A stretch of DNA of 64,000 bases from positions 188,480,001 to 188,544,000 of the forward strand of contig OX597815.1 of the NCBI GenBank assembly GCA_951406725.2, given 5' to 3'. The position numbers and the translations under genes are program-made. This stretch comes from Octopus vulgaris. Its lineage: Eukaryota. Below are positions 13,044-24,925 of this stretch, piece after piece; positions within the stretch are counted from its first letter, which is position 1, and the number at the start of each line of letters is the position of its first letter. The notes beneath the pieces are model-generated. The model worked only from the letters and a program-made list of their open reading frames with translations. It made no database searches and was not told where the DNA came from.

Positions 13044-13985
13044 TATGGAAAAGTGAATATTAAACCAAACAAGGATATCTGAGCCATGCAAGCATGGAAC
13101 GGTAAATACATATATATATTCTGATGCCAACCTGATCACCAAATCTCGTTCTAATTCAAAATATTGCAGAACACTCATAATCCTATATATTTTAATTAAA
13201 AAATTTCCAAATTGCAAACATAAATCTCATTCAACCAACATCTACAATCTACTGACTACTTATGTGTATCCAGCATCTTTGCAAAATTTTAGCTTTAACA
13301 TTATTTTTGCTTGTCATTTTTATTTGTGCTTACATTCAGAAATTGACAGAACAAAGAGATGACAGAAAAAAGAAATTAGAAGAAAACCAAAATTAGATGA
13401 AGAAAAAGAAACTACATTCTATGATGATAGTGTTGTGCAAAGGATGACATAAAATGAAATAGAATTGAATAACAAAGAAAGAAATTTGCCATTACTTGCA
13501 TATATAAGCATCATTATGTTGGGTCCCCAAGAGAGATTTGGTGAAGCAGAACAAGACTGCTTTTAGTTCCAATGAAGGATATCCTCTTAACAGTTATGGT
13601 TTGTTTTTTTTTTATTTTAGAGAGTGGCTGAACCCACCTCTTATAGGCTCTGTCATTGGGGAGGAACTCTGTTATTGTGGATCATCAAAAATCATCTCTG
13701 TCTTTGAATTAAAAGCAAAATTAATCTGAGTTACAACCTACATTACTTAGCAAATTGAAACAAGAGTAATTTGTACAGAACCATTGAATCTTCTTCAAAA
13801 CTGCTTCTCTACTATAGAGCCTACCTCAAAAAAATAAAGTATTATTTTGAAAGTTAAAAGGTAATAATTATTAAGGTATATTTTTACAACTGCCCAAGGT
13901 AATAGAACAGATGGCATTCATAAGTTGATTACTAAGAAACTTTTAACATTGCTAAACATCATAGGCAACTCTTTTTCTTTTTTTT

Positions 13986-14364
13986 TACTCTTTTTTACTT
14001 GTTTCAGTCATTTGACTGTGGCCATGCTGGAGCACCGCCTTTAGTCGAGCAAATCGACCCGGGACTTATTCTTTGTAAGCCCAGTACTTATTCCATCGGT
14101 CTCTTTTTGCCGAACCGCTAAGTGACGGGGACGTAAAAAAACCAGCATCGGTTGTCAAGCAATGCTAGGGGGACAAACACAGACACACAAACACACACAT
14201 ATATGTATATATATATATACGACAGGCTTCTTTCAGTTTCCGTCTACCAAATCCACTCACAAGGCATTGGTCGGCCCGGGGCTATAGCAGAAGACACTTG
14301 CCCAAGGTGCCACGCAGTGGGACTGAACCCGGAACCATGTGGTTGGTTAGCAGCCACTCCTGCA
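13986..14364 (-). mobile_element. family C SINE
   Basis: Near full-length, CpG-rich (young-looking) copy. Confidence 0.85.
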
Positions 14365-14823
14365 ACCTAGATATCTAATTAGAATTTGTCAGAGATTGGC
14401 ATTGTACTTAACTGTATTTTAACATGAAATCTTTAATTTGAAAATTTCAGACACTTGACTGGGCAACTCTAAAATTAGATTGACCCAATTCATGCAAATA
14501 TAGATATATTGATAAGGCCGGTTCTTAGGGATAATTTGACTCAATTGGCACGTGACATGCTATGTGAAAAATATGTCATTAAAGAGGTAATGAGGTGTAT
14601 CTGATTTCAGTAATCAGAATGCCATTTGATCCAGGACTATGAACCGTTATCATGAACTGTTATCAAATTCAATATGTTTTATCTCTACTTTTGTGAAAGT
14701 AATCTGCTGGTGATATTGCCAGTGGTGGTAAATGATGAACGAAAATATTTATGATATTCATCTATGTCTCTTTGCACTCTAAGTTCAAATTTTCACAGGA
14801 TCAATAAAAGAGTGAAGTACTTA

Positions 14824-16005
14824 AAAGATACAGAAATAATTTATTCTCAAACGCATGATAATATTAATACCGATTTTTCTTTACTACCCACAAGAGGCTA
14901 AACACAGAGGAAGGACAAACAAGGACAGACAAACGGATTAAGTCGATTATATCAACCCCGGTGCATAACTGGTACTTATTTAATCGACCCCGAAAGGATG
15001 AAAGGCAAAGTCGACCATGGCAGAATTTGAACTCAGGATGTAGCGGGAGATGAAATACCTATTTTTTTACTACCCACAAGGGGCTAAACACAGAGAAAGG
15101 ACAAACAAGGACAGACAAACGGATTAAGTCGATTATATCAACCCCAGTGCATAACTGGTACTTATTTAATCGACCCCGAAAGGATGAAAGGCAAAGTCGA
15201 CCATGGCAGAATTTGAACTCAGGATGTAGCGGGAGATGAAATACCTATTTTTTTACTACCCACAAGGGGCTAAACACAGAGAAAGGACAAACAAGGACAG
15301 ACAAACGGATTAAGTCGATTACATCGACCCCAGTGCGTAACTTGTACTTATTTAATCGACCCCGAAAGGATGAAAGGGAAAGTTGACCTTGGCGGAATTT
15401 GAACTCAGAACGTAGCAGCAGACGAAATACCTATTTCTTTACTACCCACAAGGGGCTAAACACAGACAGGACAAACAAGGACAGACAAACGGATTAATTC
15501 GATTATATCGACCCCAGTGCGTAACTGTTACTTATTTAATCGACCCCGAAAGGATGTAAGACAGAATTTGAACTCAGGACATAGCGGGAGACGAAATACC
15601 GCTAAGCATTTTGCCTGGCGTGCTAACATTTCTGCCAGCTCGCCGCCTTAAATACTAATGCCATACTAATACAATAGCATGAACAGGATAAACTATCCAT
15701 ATATAGCAGAAAATTTCGTTGCTAGCTGGCCATGAGACTCAAACACACATCCTTGTGATTACGCATGAAGTGCTTTACCTTTAAACTAAACTGCCCAAGC
15801 ACTTGATGCATAATCACAGGGATGTGAGTTCGAGTCTCATGGCTGGCTTGTAACGAATTTTTCCTGCAATATATGGAAATTTATCCTATTCAATGCTATG
15901 ATATTAGCATTATCAGGCGTTTGAGAATAAATTATTTCTGTATCTTTCCATAAATCTCAACGCTTCTAAAGCAAACTTTGTCTACTTTCATCGTAAGTTG
16001 AAAGT
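14824..16005. mobile_element. fold-back element with inverted tRNA-like halves, interrupted by a SINE array
   Basis: Perfect 31-bp inverted repeat 14824-14854 / 15917-15947; arms continue at ~15665-15775 vs ~15797-15905; B-box GTTCGAGTC at ~15828; aagtactt on both flanks. Confidence 0.65.
14873..15649 (-). repeat. tandem array of four family M SINE units, 186-bp period
   Basis: tacccacaag at 14885, 15071, 15257 and 15443; only the rightmost unit has the complete tRNA head. Confidence 0.92.
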
Positions 16006-16224
16006 AAAGTACTTGTTTGATATTAATGACTATGGGCCCCAAAATATTGGCCTCGTGACTCTATTAGAAGTTGATATTAACTCATAACCTCTTTAGAAGA
16101 TTCAATTAGATGTGGTTGATTCTTGTATCAACATAGAATTTCAAGTGAATGAGTTTATTTGCAGTTACTCAGCCTGTTATGAATAACAGTTGAATTTCAA
16201 GTACATTACATGATAGTATTTTAA

Positions 16225-16431
16225 GGGCCATGTAAAGAGCACCTGTGCTGGTGCCATGTAAAAAGCACCCAGTGCACTCTGTAAGGTTGTTAGTGTTAGG
16301 AAGGGCATTCAGCTGTGGAAACCTTAACAAAACAGACAAATATAGCCTTGTGCAGCTAACAAGTTTGCCAACTCCTGTCAAGCCATCCTACCCATACTAG
16401 CAAGGAAAACGGACGTTAAATGATGATGATG
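16225..16431 (+). mobile_element. family G SINE
   Basis: Diverged copy with (gat)n tail. Confidence 0.7.
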
Positions 16432-17592
16432 GAATACACATTTGACACTGTAGTCTTATGCAAACCACTCTTGAATAATTGCTTTTCATTTAAAGAGTTA
16501 ATCAATCTGTCAGGACTGATTCTGATTTGAACAACAACAAAAACAAAAACAAAACATTATACCTTTTTTTCTTATTTTTCAATTAAATCATTTAATTTCG
16601 TTATGACCTGTTAAACTATTTAAAAATACATTCTTTAGCCTATCGCACCTTACAGATAAATATATCTATTTTATTGGAAAATTATTATATTAAAATGTTT
16701 TTCAAAGACAGAAATAATATTTAAATCTTGTTGATCATTTTAACCAGAATGTTTCCATATATTTTCTTCTTATGATCTTATCATAATTTTCTTATCTTTG
16801 CTTCCTAGATAATTGTATAATTTACTAAAAAGCCTTTTAGAAGATAAAAATAGAGTGCTATCACATAGATTTCATTTCTTTTTTTTTTTTTCTTAATTTC
16901 TAGGTTCCTGAGTTACTTGTAGATTTCTAATGATCTTTCCATTTATTTGGATTACAGACATCTATTCTTGTTTACTGGGTTAAACCACTGGTAGAATTGC
17001 TTAAAGTAATTGTCAGGGAATTATGTCTGTCTAAATTGCTTCAATATCTTGTTATTTCGTCAAGAATGGCAATTATTCTTTGTATAATTTCCTCTCTTAT
17101 AAACTTTGAATTATAAATAGAAGTTATTTTCTCAACCAAACTTACATCACTTCCTCTACAAATAATGTCTGTTTGAGGTGAAAAATCGTGTCCGTATTCA
17201 TCATGGTCTAAAACTATGTATGTATGTAATGTATGTATGTATGTATGTATGTATGTATGTATGTATGTATGTATGTATACACAGACACACACATTAGAAA
17301 ACTAGATAGGCAGATAATTACTCATGAGAGAAAGAGGGCGAGTGAGAAAACATACTTATGCAGACATATATGCGTGTGTGTGTGTGTGTGTGAGTGTAGT
17401 AATTTCGTATTTTGCTTTGAAGCAAGGCACAGAACCAGAATTTTCAGCTGAAGCCAAATCAAATAAACTACCCCCAATCCTTGTTAGAGCATCTGTGTAA
17501 ATGGAGTCAGGACAGGCTAGTCTGTGCTTACATCAAATCACGTAATTCTTGCAATTACGGAAGAAAACAAAGCCACATTTTCTTCCATAACT

Positions 17593-17682
17593 GCCAGCTC
17601 TGATGAACACAGTGTTATACACTCGGGCTGTTATCCAACACCTGGTTTAACATCCAGTGTGAAACCAATGGGTAAATCTGGC
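17593..17682 (+). ncRNA. candidate type-I hammerhead ribozyme (Penelope-like remnant)
   Basis: gccagct-CTGATGA-ACAC...GTGT-GAAA-CCAATGGG-TA-aatctggc: full core, stem II, short near-palindromic helix III, imperfect stem I. Confidence 0.6.
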
Positions 17683-18853
17683 CATAATGGATGTATAACA
17701 CTCTAGGCTTCGACTATTTTCATATATATATACCTGCAGATATGGGTACAGGACATCACCAACGGTGCAAATAACATGAAATATGTAAACAAATGAGGGG
17801 AAAATGAGTGAAGTATGTAAACAACAAGAAAGAAAAAAAATGGAAAACAAAACAAGTAAACACAGAGAAAGGACCCTTCATTTGTTGTCGGCTTAATGAC
17901 AACTAAAGCTAATTGAAAGAAACATAGAGTATCTCAGAAAAAATACAGTAATGAAAGGGTTAAACTGAGGTATGTCAGAAGAGACCTGTGCAAGTAGCAG
18001 ACAGTGGGATTGCATCTCAAACAATATGATTCAGGAGCAGGGGTCGACTTTGCCATTCATCCTTTTGAGGTCGATAAAATAAGTAGCAGTTGTGTACTGG
18101 GGTTGATGTAATTGACTTGCTCCCTCCTTTGAAGTTTCTGACCTTATGCTAAAATTTGAAACTAGTATTGGTAAGCCAACATTCAAACATTACTATCAGA
18201 GTCCTGAAAACTTTTGAACAGACATTTTTCTAATTATACAGACGTTTGACAAATTGAACAGCATTGCATGTATATGTATGTTTTACAGGATTGGGAAACA
18301 TGTGGTGTGCAAGTGCATTGAAAATTCCTTGCTTTTGTCACCATCTTCGTTTACAATTACAACAACAACATTTTAAAAATCTATGTTCAAATTTATTGCA
18401 GTCACTATGGTAACATTAACTATACCAGTTCTTTCAGTCAGCTTTCTGCTCATAGCTTTTCCATTTCTGGCAGTCAACCCAGTTTGGAGCCAGTTCTCTG
18501 ACATATGATTTAATGTTAAAAGCAGCACTTTTGTCTTTGTTGCCACTTTACTGCAGCCTGGAATCACGGTAACCAACTATAATAGAGCAATTACTAGTGT
18601 TGAAGAATATTGACCACCTCAGCAGCAACACAACAGAACACCAGTTCTAACACGAGATGCCTGAATGACAGAAAATAAGACAGATGCAGGTCCATCATCT
18701 CTTTACAGAATTTGAGAATAAAACATCAAAACCAGAAAAATTACTGCTGTTATCCCCCGGTGAAGTAAACAGATTATGTGTCGAACAGCTTTTATATTCA
18801 ATTAATTCTCCCTATTCATTTCTTTTCCTTTTAGAATACTGTTAATCATTTCG

Positions 18854-19500
18854 TGGAGGTGCAATGGCCCAGTGGACAGGGCAACGGACTCGTGGTCGGA
18901 GGATCGCAGTTTTGATTCCCAGACCGGGCGTTGTGTGTGTTTATTGAGTTTATTAATATGTCATTGTATGTTTTATTACCCCAAATTTTTAATTCAGCAA
19001 ATTTTTACCAAATGTTTTATGATTTTAAGCGTAAATTCAATGTGTTATATATGCAACACTGAATCTTATATATTTATATATTTTATATGATGTTTATATA
19101 TTTATATATTTTATATGATGTTTATATATTTATATATTATTATATTTTTAAACGTCAGACTTTATATCTGTTCTGTAGATATAAATGAATATATGAATAT
19201 ATGTATGCGTTTGATCTTTCTGTGGATTTTGTAATGTTCCTTTAGTTGCTGTTCACATTGCCTCCCCTCGGATTAATAAGTGTATATTGAACGAAAACAC
19301 CTAAAAGCTCCACGAGGCTCCAGCAGGGGGGGGGGTGGCGATCCCTGCTCTACTCTTTCACCACAACTTTCTCTCACTCTCTCTTTCTGTTTCCTGAGTA
19401 ACGCTGCAATGGACTGGCATCCCGTCCAGCTGGGGTGAACACATACGCCACAGAAACTGGGAAATCAGGCCCATGAGCCTGACTAGGCTTGAAAAGGGTG
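18854..19500 (+). mobile_element. tRNA-derived SINE family A (head A + tail X), interrupted by an insertion at 18948-19279
   Basis: Head ggaggtgcaatggcccagtgg..tttgattccc; sequence resumes at gaacgaaaacacctaaaagctcc; tail ctgcaatggactggcatccc. Confidence 0.8.
18948..19279. mobile_element. AT-rich insertion with 11-bp TSD
   Basis: gtgtttattga (18937-18947) / gtgtatattga (19280-19290). Confidence 0.6.
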
Positions 19501-19695
19501 ACAATCAAGTTTCAATTTCAAGTTTAAATTTGTATCAAACATATTTTCATTGGGTAATACTCAGCATTACATATCCTTGTATGTGGATTTTTTATACATT
19601 AAATCTGGATGCATTTTATGCTGATACATACATATACATATTGACATGAGTACTGGGGAAATACTTGGGATAACTTAATTAGGGAGCTGAGCAGA

Positions 19696-19935
19696 AAGGC
19701 AGTGAGCTGGCAGAAACGTTAGCGCGCCAGGCCAAATGCTTAGTGGTATTTCGTCTGCTGTTACATTCTGAGTTCAAATTCCGCCGAGGTCAACTTTGCC
19801 TTTCATCCTTTCGGGGACAATAAATAAAGTACCAGTTACGCACTGGGGTCGATGTAATCGACTTCATCCCTTTGTCTGTCCTTGTTTGTCCCCTCTGTGT
19901 TTAGCCCCTTGTGGGCAATAAAGAAATAAGAAATA
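19696..19935 (+). mobile_element. family M SINE, full length
   Basis: Complete head, core and tail. Confidence 0.88.
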
Positions 19936-19990
19936 TGAATCAGGCTTCTTTCCATCTTTATTCAATTCCCAGTTTAACATTTATTTAGAG

Positions 19991-20344
19991 CAGAAGTTCT
20001 CAAACTTTTTTCGCCACTGCTGCTCCTCATGGCCACATAATACTCTCAGTTTTTATGTATATATATATGGCCACATATACTCCTGTTTTTATGTATAAAT
20101 AAATATTTTATATTTTACTAATTTATATATACCATGAATCATTTGATATTTAATATAGTATTATATAATTTGTATACAATACTATAATAATATTATAATA
20201 AATTCATAGCATCCCCCGATCCACTGCCTTCCTCCCCAAACCGCCTTTGTCTCTACCACCCCTCCACCCCCTGAGACACCAGTGCCCACCTTGATACTCT
20301 CAATGCCCATTGGGGTGCAGTAGTACCCAATTTGAGAACCTATG
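19991..20344. mobile_element. hAT (Charlie-like) MITE
   Basis: TIRs cagaagttctcaaact / aatttgagaacctatg; 8-bp TSD atttagag / acttagag. Confidence 0.7.
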
Positions 20345-20661
20345 ACTTAGAGCATGCTGTAGCACGAAAGTTAACCAGATATGTATCATGGTATCATGGT
20401 ATAGACAAGACTTTCTGATGTTCTTATACATCGTGAGCCATAGTGCAATTTTGCAGTGTCATTTAGCTTTTGAATGATGCCACCCCACTGGTGAGGCAAG
20501 CAGGCCAAATGTGCCACCTCGTCTGGGAATCAAGCCCACGATCTAGTGATCATTAGTACAATACCCTAACCACTAACCCATGCACATTCATAATCATAAA
20601 CGTATTTTAACAAAATACTAATATCATTTTTTTATTTTAGATCTTGATGAACAGATGCTAA

Positions 20662-20731
20662 TGAGTGGATTTGGTAGACAGAAACTGAAAGAAGCCCGTC
20701 GTATATATGTGTATATATGTATATATGTGTA

Positions 20732-20773
<42 letters not shown>

Positions 20774-21010
20774 CATATATGTGTGTATGTGTGTGTATAT
20801 GTTTGTGTCTGTGTTTGTCCCCCCAAATCGCTTGACAACTGATTCTGGTGTGTTTACGTCCTCGTAACTTAGTGGTTCGGCAAAAGAGACCAATAGAATA
20901 AGTACTAGGCTTCCAAAGAATATGTCCTGGGGTTAATTTGCTTGATTAAAAGGCGGTGCTCTAGCATGGCCCGCAGTCAAAGGTCTGAAACAAGTAAAAT
21001 ACTAAAAGAG
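20662..21010 (+). mobile_element. family C SINE, 5'-truncated
   Basis: Body and tail match. Confidence 0.8.
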
Positions 21011-21187
21011 TTAAAGATGCTATGTTTGTATCATACAGATGCACTTGTATGAATGTATATCTTATAGATCTGTTTGCAATGTGCCTACAGATGTGCAGGC
21101 CTCATTTGCATCTGGGTCACATAGTGTGTCTCATTTGTGTACTTTCAGGCATATCCTGAAGGCCCTTCCATCTTACACATGTGTATT

Positions 21188-21491
21188 GTTTGTTCCTTCT
21201 CAAGCCATGCCTGGCTCATTAGGGCTGGTTTCCTGGTTTCCTTGGCGTATAGGTTTCCCACCTGGATGGCATGCCGATCAGTTGCAGGTGAGATGCAAGA
21301 TACAGGAGGAAAGAGTGAGAGAAAGTTGTGGCAAAATATTCAGCAGAAGTTTTGCTTTTGCCTTCTGCCGGAGCTGTATGGAGCTTAGGTGTTTCGTTCA
21401 TAAACACACACACATTGCCCGGTCTGAGATTCGAACCTGCGAACCCTCAATGGCGAGTTCGCTGCTCTAACCACTAGACCTCATGCCTCCA
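21188..21491 (-). mobile_element. tRNA-derived SINE related to family A (tail X-like)
   Basis: Minus strand ggaggcatgaggtctagtggttagagc..ggttcgaatc; tail ..ccatccaggtgggaaacctatacgcc. Confidence 0.75.
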
Positions 21492-21849
21492 CTTTGTAAG
21501 GATAACATCTTCATATAGGAAAAGAGGAAGTGTCAAATTTAACAGCTTACCAAAACTGCCAGTCACACTAAGACAGTCAGCATAGACAGCAGCTTTATTT
21601 TGTTTAAATGTCCAGAATGTGGTTCAGAACAATAGTAGTTTTTGACGGAACAAAATTTCTGATTGGTTAAAATTTCATGTAATGTGTACTGTCTAATGCA
21701 TGCATGGCCAATCTGCAGCCTGCGGGCTGCATGCATCCCTCGATGAGTTTCTACTAACACAAATAAACTTTCATACTAAGACAAATGAAATTAAGAACTG
21801 TTTAACATTCTCTCTTTGAATTTCATTCTTATCCTTTTTGCCTCTGCCC

Positions 21850-22590
21850 TACTTCATCACTTGTTCCTTATTTACCAACTTTAGTAAATTCCTCTGAGCT
21901 GTTCTGTAAATATTCTCATAGGCTTTTCCTTTCCATCTGTACACACACTTCCACAGCAATTAAGCTTCTTCCACCCTGGTTCCTCTTCATGTACAACTGG
22001 TTCATATCAGCTTTTGGATGGTGGGCCCCCATACATTCTCAACAACTTTCTAGTTTTTCTGTCAAGTTCTGCATGTCATTTTTGGTTCCGTATACAGTTC
22101 CAGTTCCATCTTTGATTACTCGTACTGTTCTTGCAATTATTGTTCCAATAAGATTTTCCAAATTCAACTTTGACTGTAGGAATTTTCCTCCTTCTTCTTG
22201 TATACTTCCTACAGGTAAATTTGTTTTATCTCTTCACGTTTTAGCTCATCTGCCTTTAATATCCCCAAATACTTATACCACAGTCCTTTCTCAACCACTT
22301 TCATTATTTACTCAGTTGGCATTTCACTTCCATGGCCTCCTTCAAATCTTCCTCATTTCATTTTCAATATAACACACTTTTCAATCCCAGATTCCATACC
22401 TACATCAATTCAGAAAATGCAAGCACTCTATATACAAGACTTTCTAGCTGTTTCTCATTTTTCGCATAAATCTTCATATCATCCATAAAAAGGAGAAGAT
22501 TTATCTGACCATATCCTTTCCCCAAATCGTAATCTATTTTAACTTTTTGCAATATTAGACTGAGCAGTATCATGGCCAATACATATAGTA
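21850..22590 (-). pseudogene. decayed R4/Dong-type reverse transcriptase (not in the ORF track)
   Basis: Minus-strand translation INLLLFMDDMKIYAKNEKQLESLV...GIEKC...YKYLGI...LDRKTRKLLRMYG.HHPKADMNQLYMKRNQGGRSL, with stops and frameshifts. Confidence 0.85.
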
Positions 22591-22845
22591 ATATTTACCC
22601 GTCATCAGCGGGTAAATATCCAGAAACCTAGGTCCATGTGTATCACATCAGGTCGACGATGGGAAGGATGGCTTCCCTTTGCAAATACCGAAAGGGCACA
22701 GAAAGTGTGTCAATAGCCAGCTGGAGATGTTCTTCTGGGGCTACAAGCTACAGTAACATTCACCCTTAGTGGTTAGCCACATTTAAGTGGAAAATATACT
22801 TCACATTGTCGTGCAGTTACTGTTTATACCTCATTCAGAGATTTA
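22591..22845 (+). mobile_element. probable Penelope-like terminal repeat with a split hammerhead at an inversion junction
   Basis: atatttacccg-tcatcag-cgggtaaatatccaGAAACCTAGGTC; the CTGATGA half lies on the opposite strand. Confidence 0.5.
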
Positions 22846-22878
22846 TTATTGATTATTATTATTATTATTATTATTATT

Positions 22879-23119
22879 GCCTTTGCACAGCCTCTAACGT
22901 TGGAGATGTACTACAGCATCAGCTGTTCACTACTAGTGAACCAAGGTAACACCTCTTATTTTTCGAGCACCTTCCGGAGTATTCGAGCAGTTCCAAGCAT
23001 TGCTGTTTTCTGCAAGCCCCTATTTGTTCCATGTACTTCTCGAGATTTTTACTCACTGTTCCCAGAGCTCCAACAATTATAGGTACTACTACCACCTTTT
23101 TCATCGACCACAACTACTT
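22879..23119 (-). mobile_element. 3' fragment of the same Dong family as 9938-10316, inside (TTA)n
   Basis: WSMKKVVVVPIIVGALGTVSKNLEKYMEQIG; same 3' end; (TTA)n on both sides. Confidence 0.85.
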
Positions 23120-23137
23120 ATTATTTTTATTATTATT

Positions 23138-23691
23138 GAGTGAGAGAGCAGTGCATGCCATCAAAGTGACACTGGGGTGAAATATACGAAGCCTAATACA
23201 CCCATCATGACTACCCATCTTATAAGGGTACACCAGGCACATGCATCACAACCATATGTCCACGACATAGTAATCTCATATCAAGATAAACAGCACATGA
23301 CCTTGCAGGTGAGGCCCAGTCAGAATTTTCTTCTGGTCGGGTAACCCATTCCACTCAAAAGGTCCCTGAATAAGGGCTGCTTAAGGATGTTGAACGAAAC
23401 ACCCATGTTTCCAGAGGTGAATTATTCAAACCCGAAAGAATCCCTCTCAACACATGGCTATGATGCTCCCCCACTACTTCTGCTCGTGATCAGAGATGCA
23501 CATATCGTCAGCCACTAAGGGCCATGCTCAACTGGTTAAGGTCAAACAACTGACAAGCAGATCTGTGGTATTGAGCAGAATATTTGCTGTAGCCCATCTT
23601 TTATACCAAGACAAAACAATGTACATGATAACACTTCCAATGAGTTAAAATCAGAAGCCATGAGAGCCACTGCCTGGTACTGCATCAGGGC
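23138..23691 (-). mobile_element. (TAA)n-associated ~555-bp non-coding interspersed element (family F)
   Basis: Closely similar copies at 47604-48066 and 48226-48662; all share one end abutting (ATT)n. Strand is inferred. Confidence 0.8.
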
Positions 23692-23878
23692 CCGAGTGAA
23701 ATGCTTAGCGGTATTTCGTCTGCCGCTACGTTCTGAGTTCAAATTCCGCCGAGGTCGACTTTGCCTTTCATCCTTTCGGGGTCGATAAATTAAATACCAG
23801 TTGTGTACTAGAGTCAATCTATTCGACTGGCCCCCTCTCCCAAAATTTCAGGCCTTTGGCCTAGAGTAGAAAAGATTA
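23692..23878 (+). mobile_element. family M SINE, 5'-truncated, alternative tail
   Basis: Core match; tail ccccctctcccaaaatttcaggcc. Confidence 0.8.
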
Positions 23879-23906
23879 TTATTAGTAGTATTATTATTAT
23901 TATCAA

Positions 23907-23939
<33 letters not shown>

Positions 23940-24236
23940 GATTATTATTATTATTATGACTATTATTGTTATCAGTAGTAGTAGTCATATACCAATAAGG
24001 TAGGAAGACGCCTACTACTGTCAGTAAATAGGAAATAACAGTTAAACATTATATACAGTCAATGATTGTTGTGTTAATCCTGTGATATTTCTATTCATTT
24101 CCTGTCCACATACACACTGTTAGCTACCATTAGGAAAATAGATTTCTATATTGCAACAGATTCATGGTTAGATGCAGTGCAAGTATAACAAGAATCCTGG
24201 AATTACAAAACCCTATGTTATATAAATATATAATAG

Positions 24237-24336
24237 NNNNNNNNNNNNNNNNNNNNNNNNNNNNNNNNNNNNNNNNNNNNNNNNNNNNNNNNNNNNNNNN
24301 NNNNNNNNNNNNNNNNNNNNNNNNNNNNNNNNNNNN
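24237..24336. other. assembly gap (100 N)
   Basis: direct. Confidence 0.99.
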
Positions 24337-24426
24337 TGATTGGCTTCCCAGACCCCGGTCAAACAGTCCAACCCGTGCTAGCACGGAAAACGGACGTTAA
24401 ACGATGATGATGATGATGATGATGAT
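24337..24426 (+). mobile_element. family G SINE 3' end
   Basis: Same tail as 1-65. Confidence 0.8.
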
Positions 24427-24612
24427 AATTGAACAAATATTTTAAAGCAATATTAGAATTTCCATCTCTTAACTGCCTCTTTTACTGTTCCAGTTTCCAG
24501 ATTGCTTCATATTAGTATTCAATTTGAATCTTTTGTCTCACCATTATACTGAAAAACTTCTCATTATATAGGCACAAGCATGATTATGTCATAAGAAGCT
24601 TGCTTGCCAATC

Positions 24613-24925
24613 ACAGGCTCCAGTCTGATCTGGCAGAGTTTCTACAGCTGGATGCCCTTCCTAACGCCAACCACTCCGCGAGTGTAGTGGGTGCCTTTTA
24701 CGTGCCACCTGCACAGGTGCCAGGGGGGTCCGGCATTGGACACTATTGGTTGGAGCTTTTAATGTGCCACTGGCACGGAAGCCAGCCAAGGCGGTGCTGG
24801 CAACGGCCACGTTTGGATGGTGCTTTTTATGTGCCACCGGCACAGAAGCCAGTCGGGGTGGCGCTGGCATCGGCCACGTTTGGATGGTGCTTTTTATGTG
24901 CTACCGGCACAGAAGCCAGTCGAGG
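24613..24925 (-). mobile_element. family G SINE portion with internal ~62-67 bp tandem repeats
   Basis: gtgccacyggcac unit at ~24702, 24764, 24831 and 24898. Confidence 0.75.

Noticed and set aside
13430-13455. aaggatgaca match to U6
   Set aside because: Too short and does not extend
14873-15649. Regular repeats (also 44801-45504) as a CRISPR array
   Set aside because: Units are 186-240 bp SINE/MITE copies without unique spacers; the context is eukaryotic and there are no cas genes
22690-22845. Possible HDV-like or twister ribozyme upstream of the Dong RT
   Set aside because: I could not build the required P1/P1.1/P2 or twister pairings
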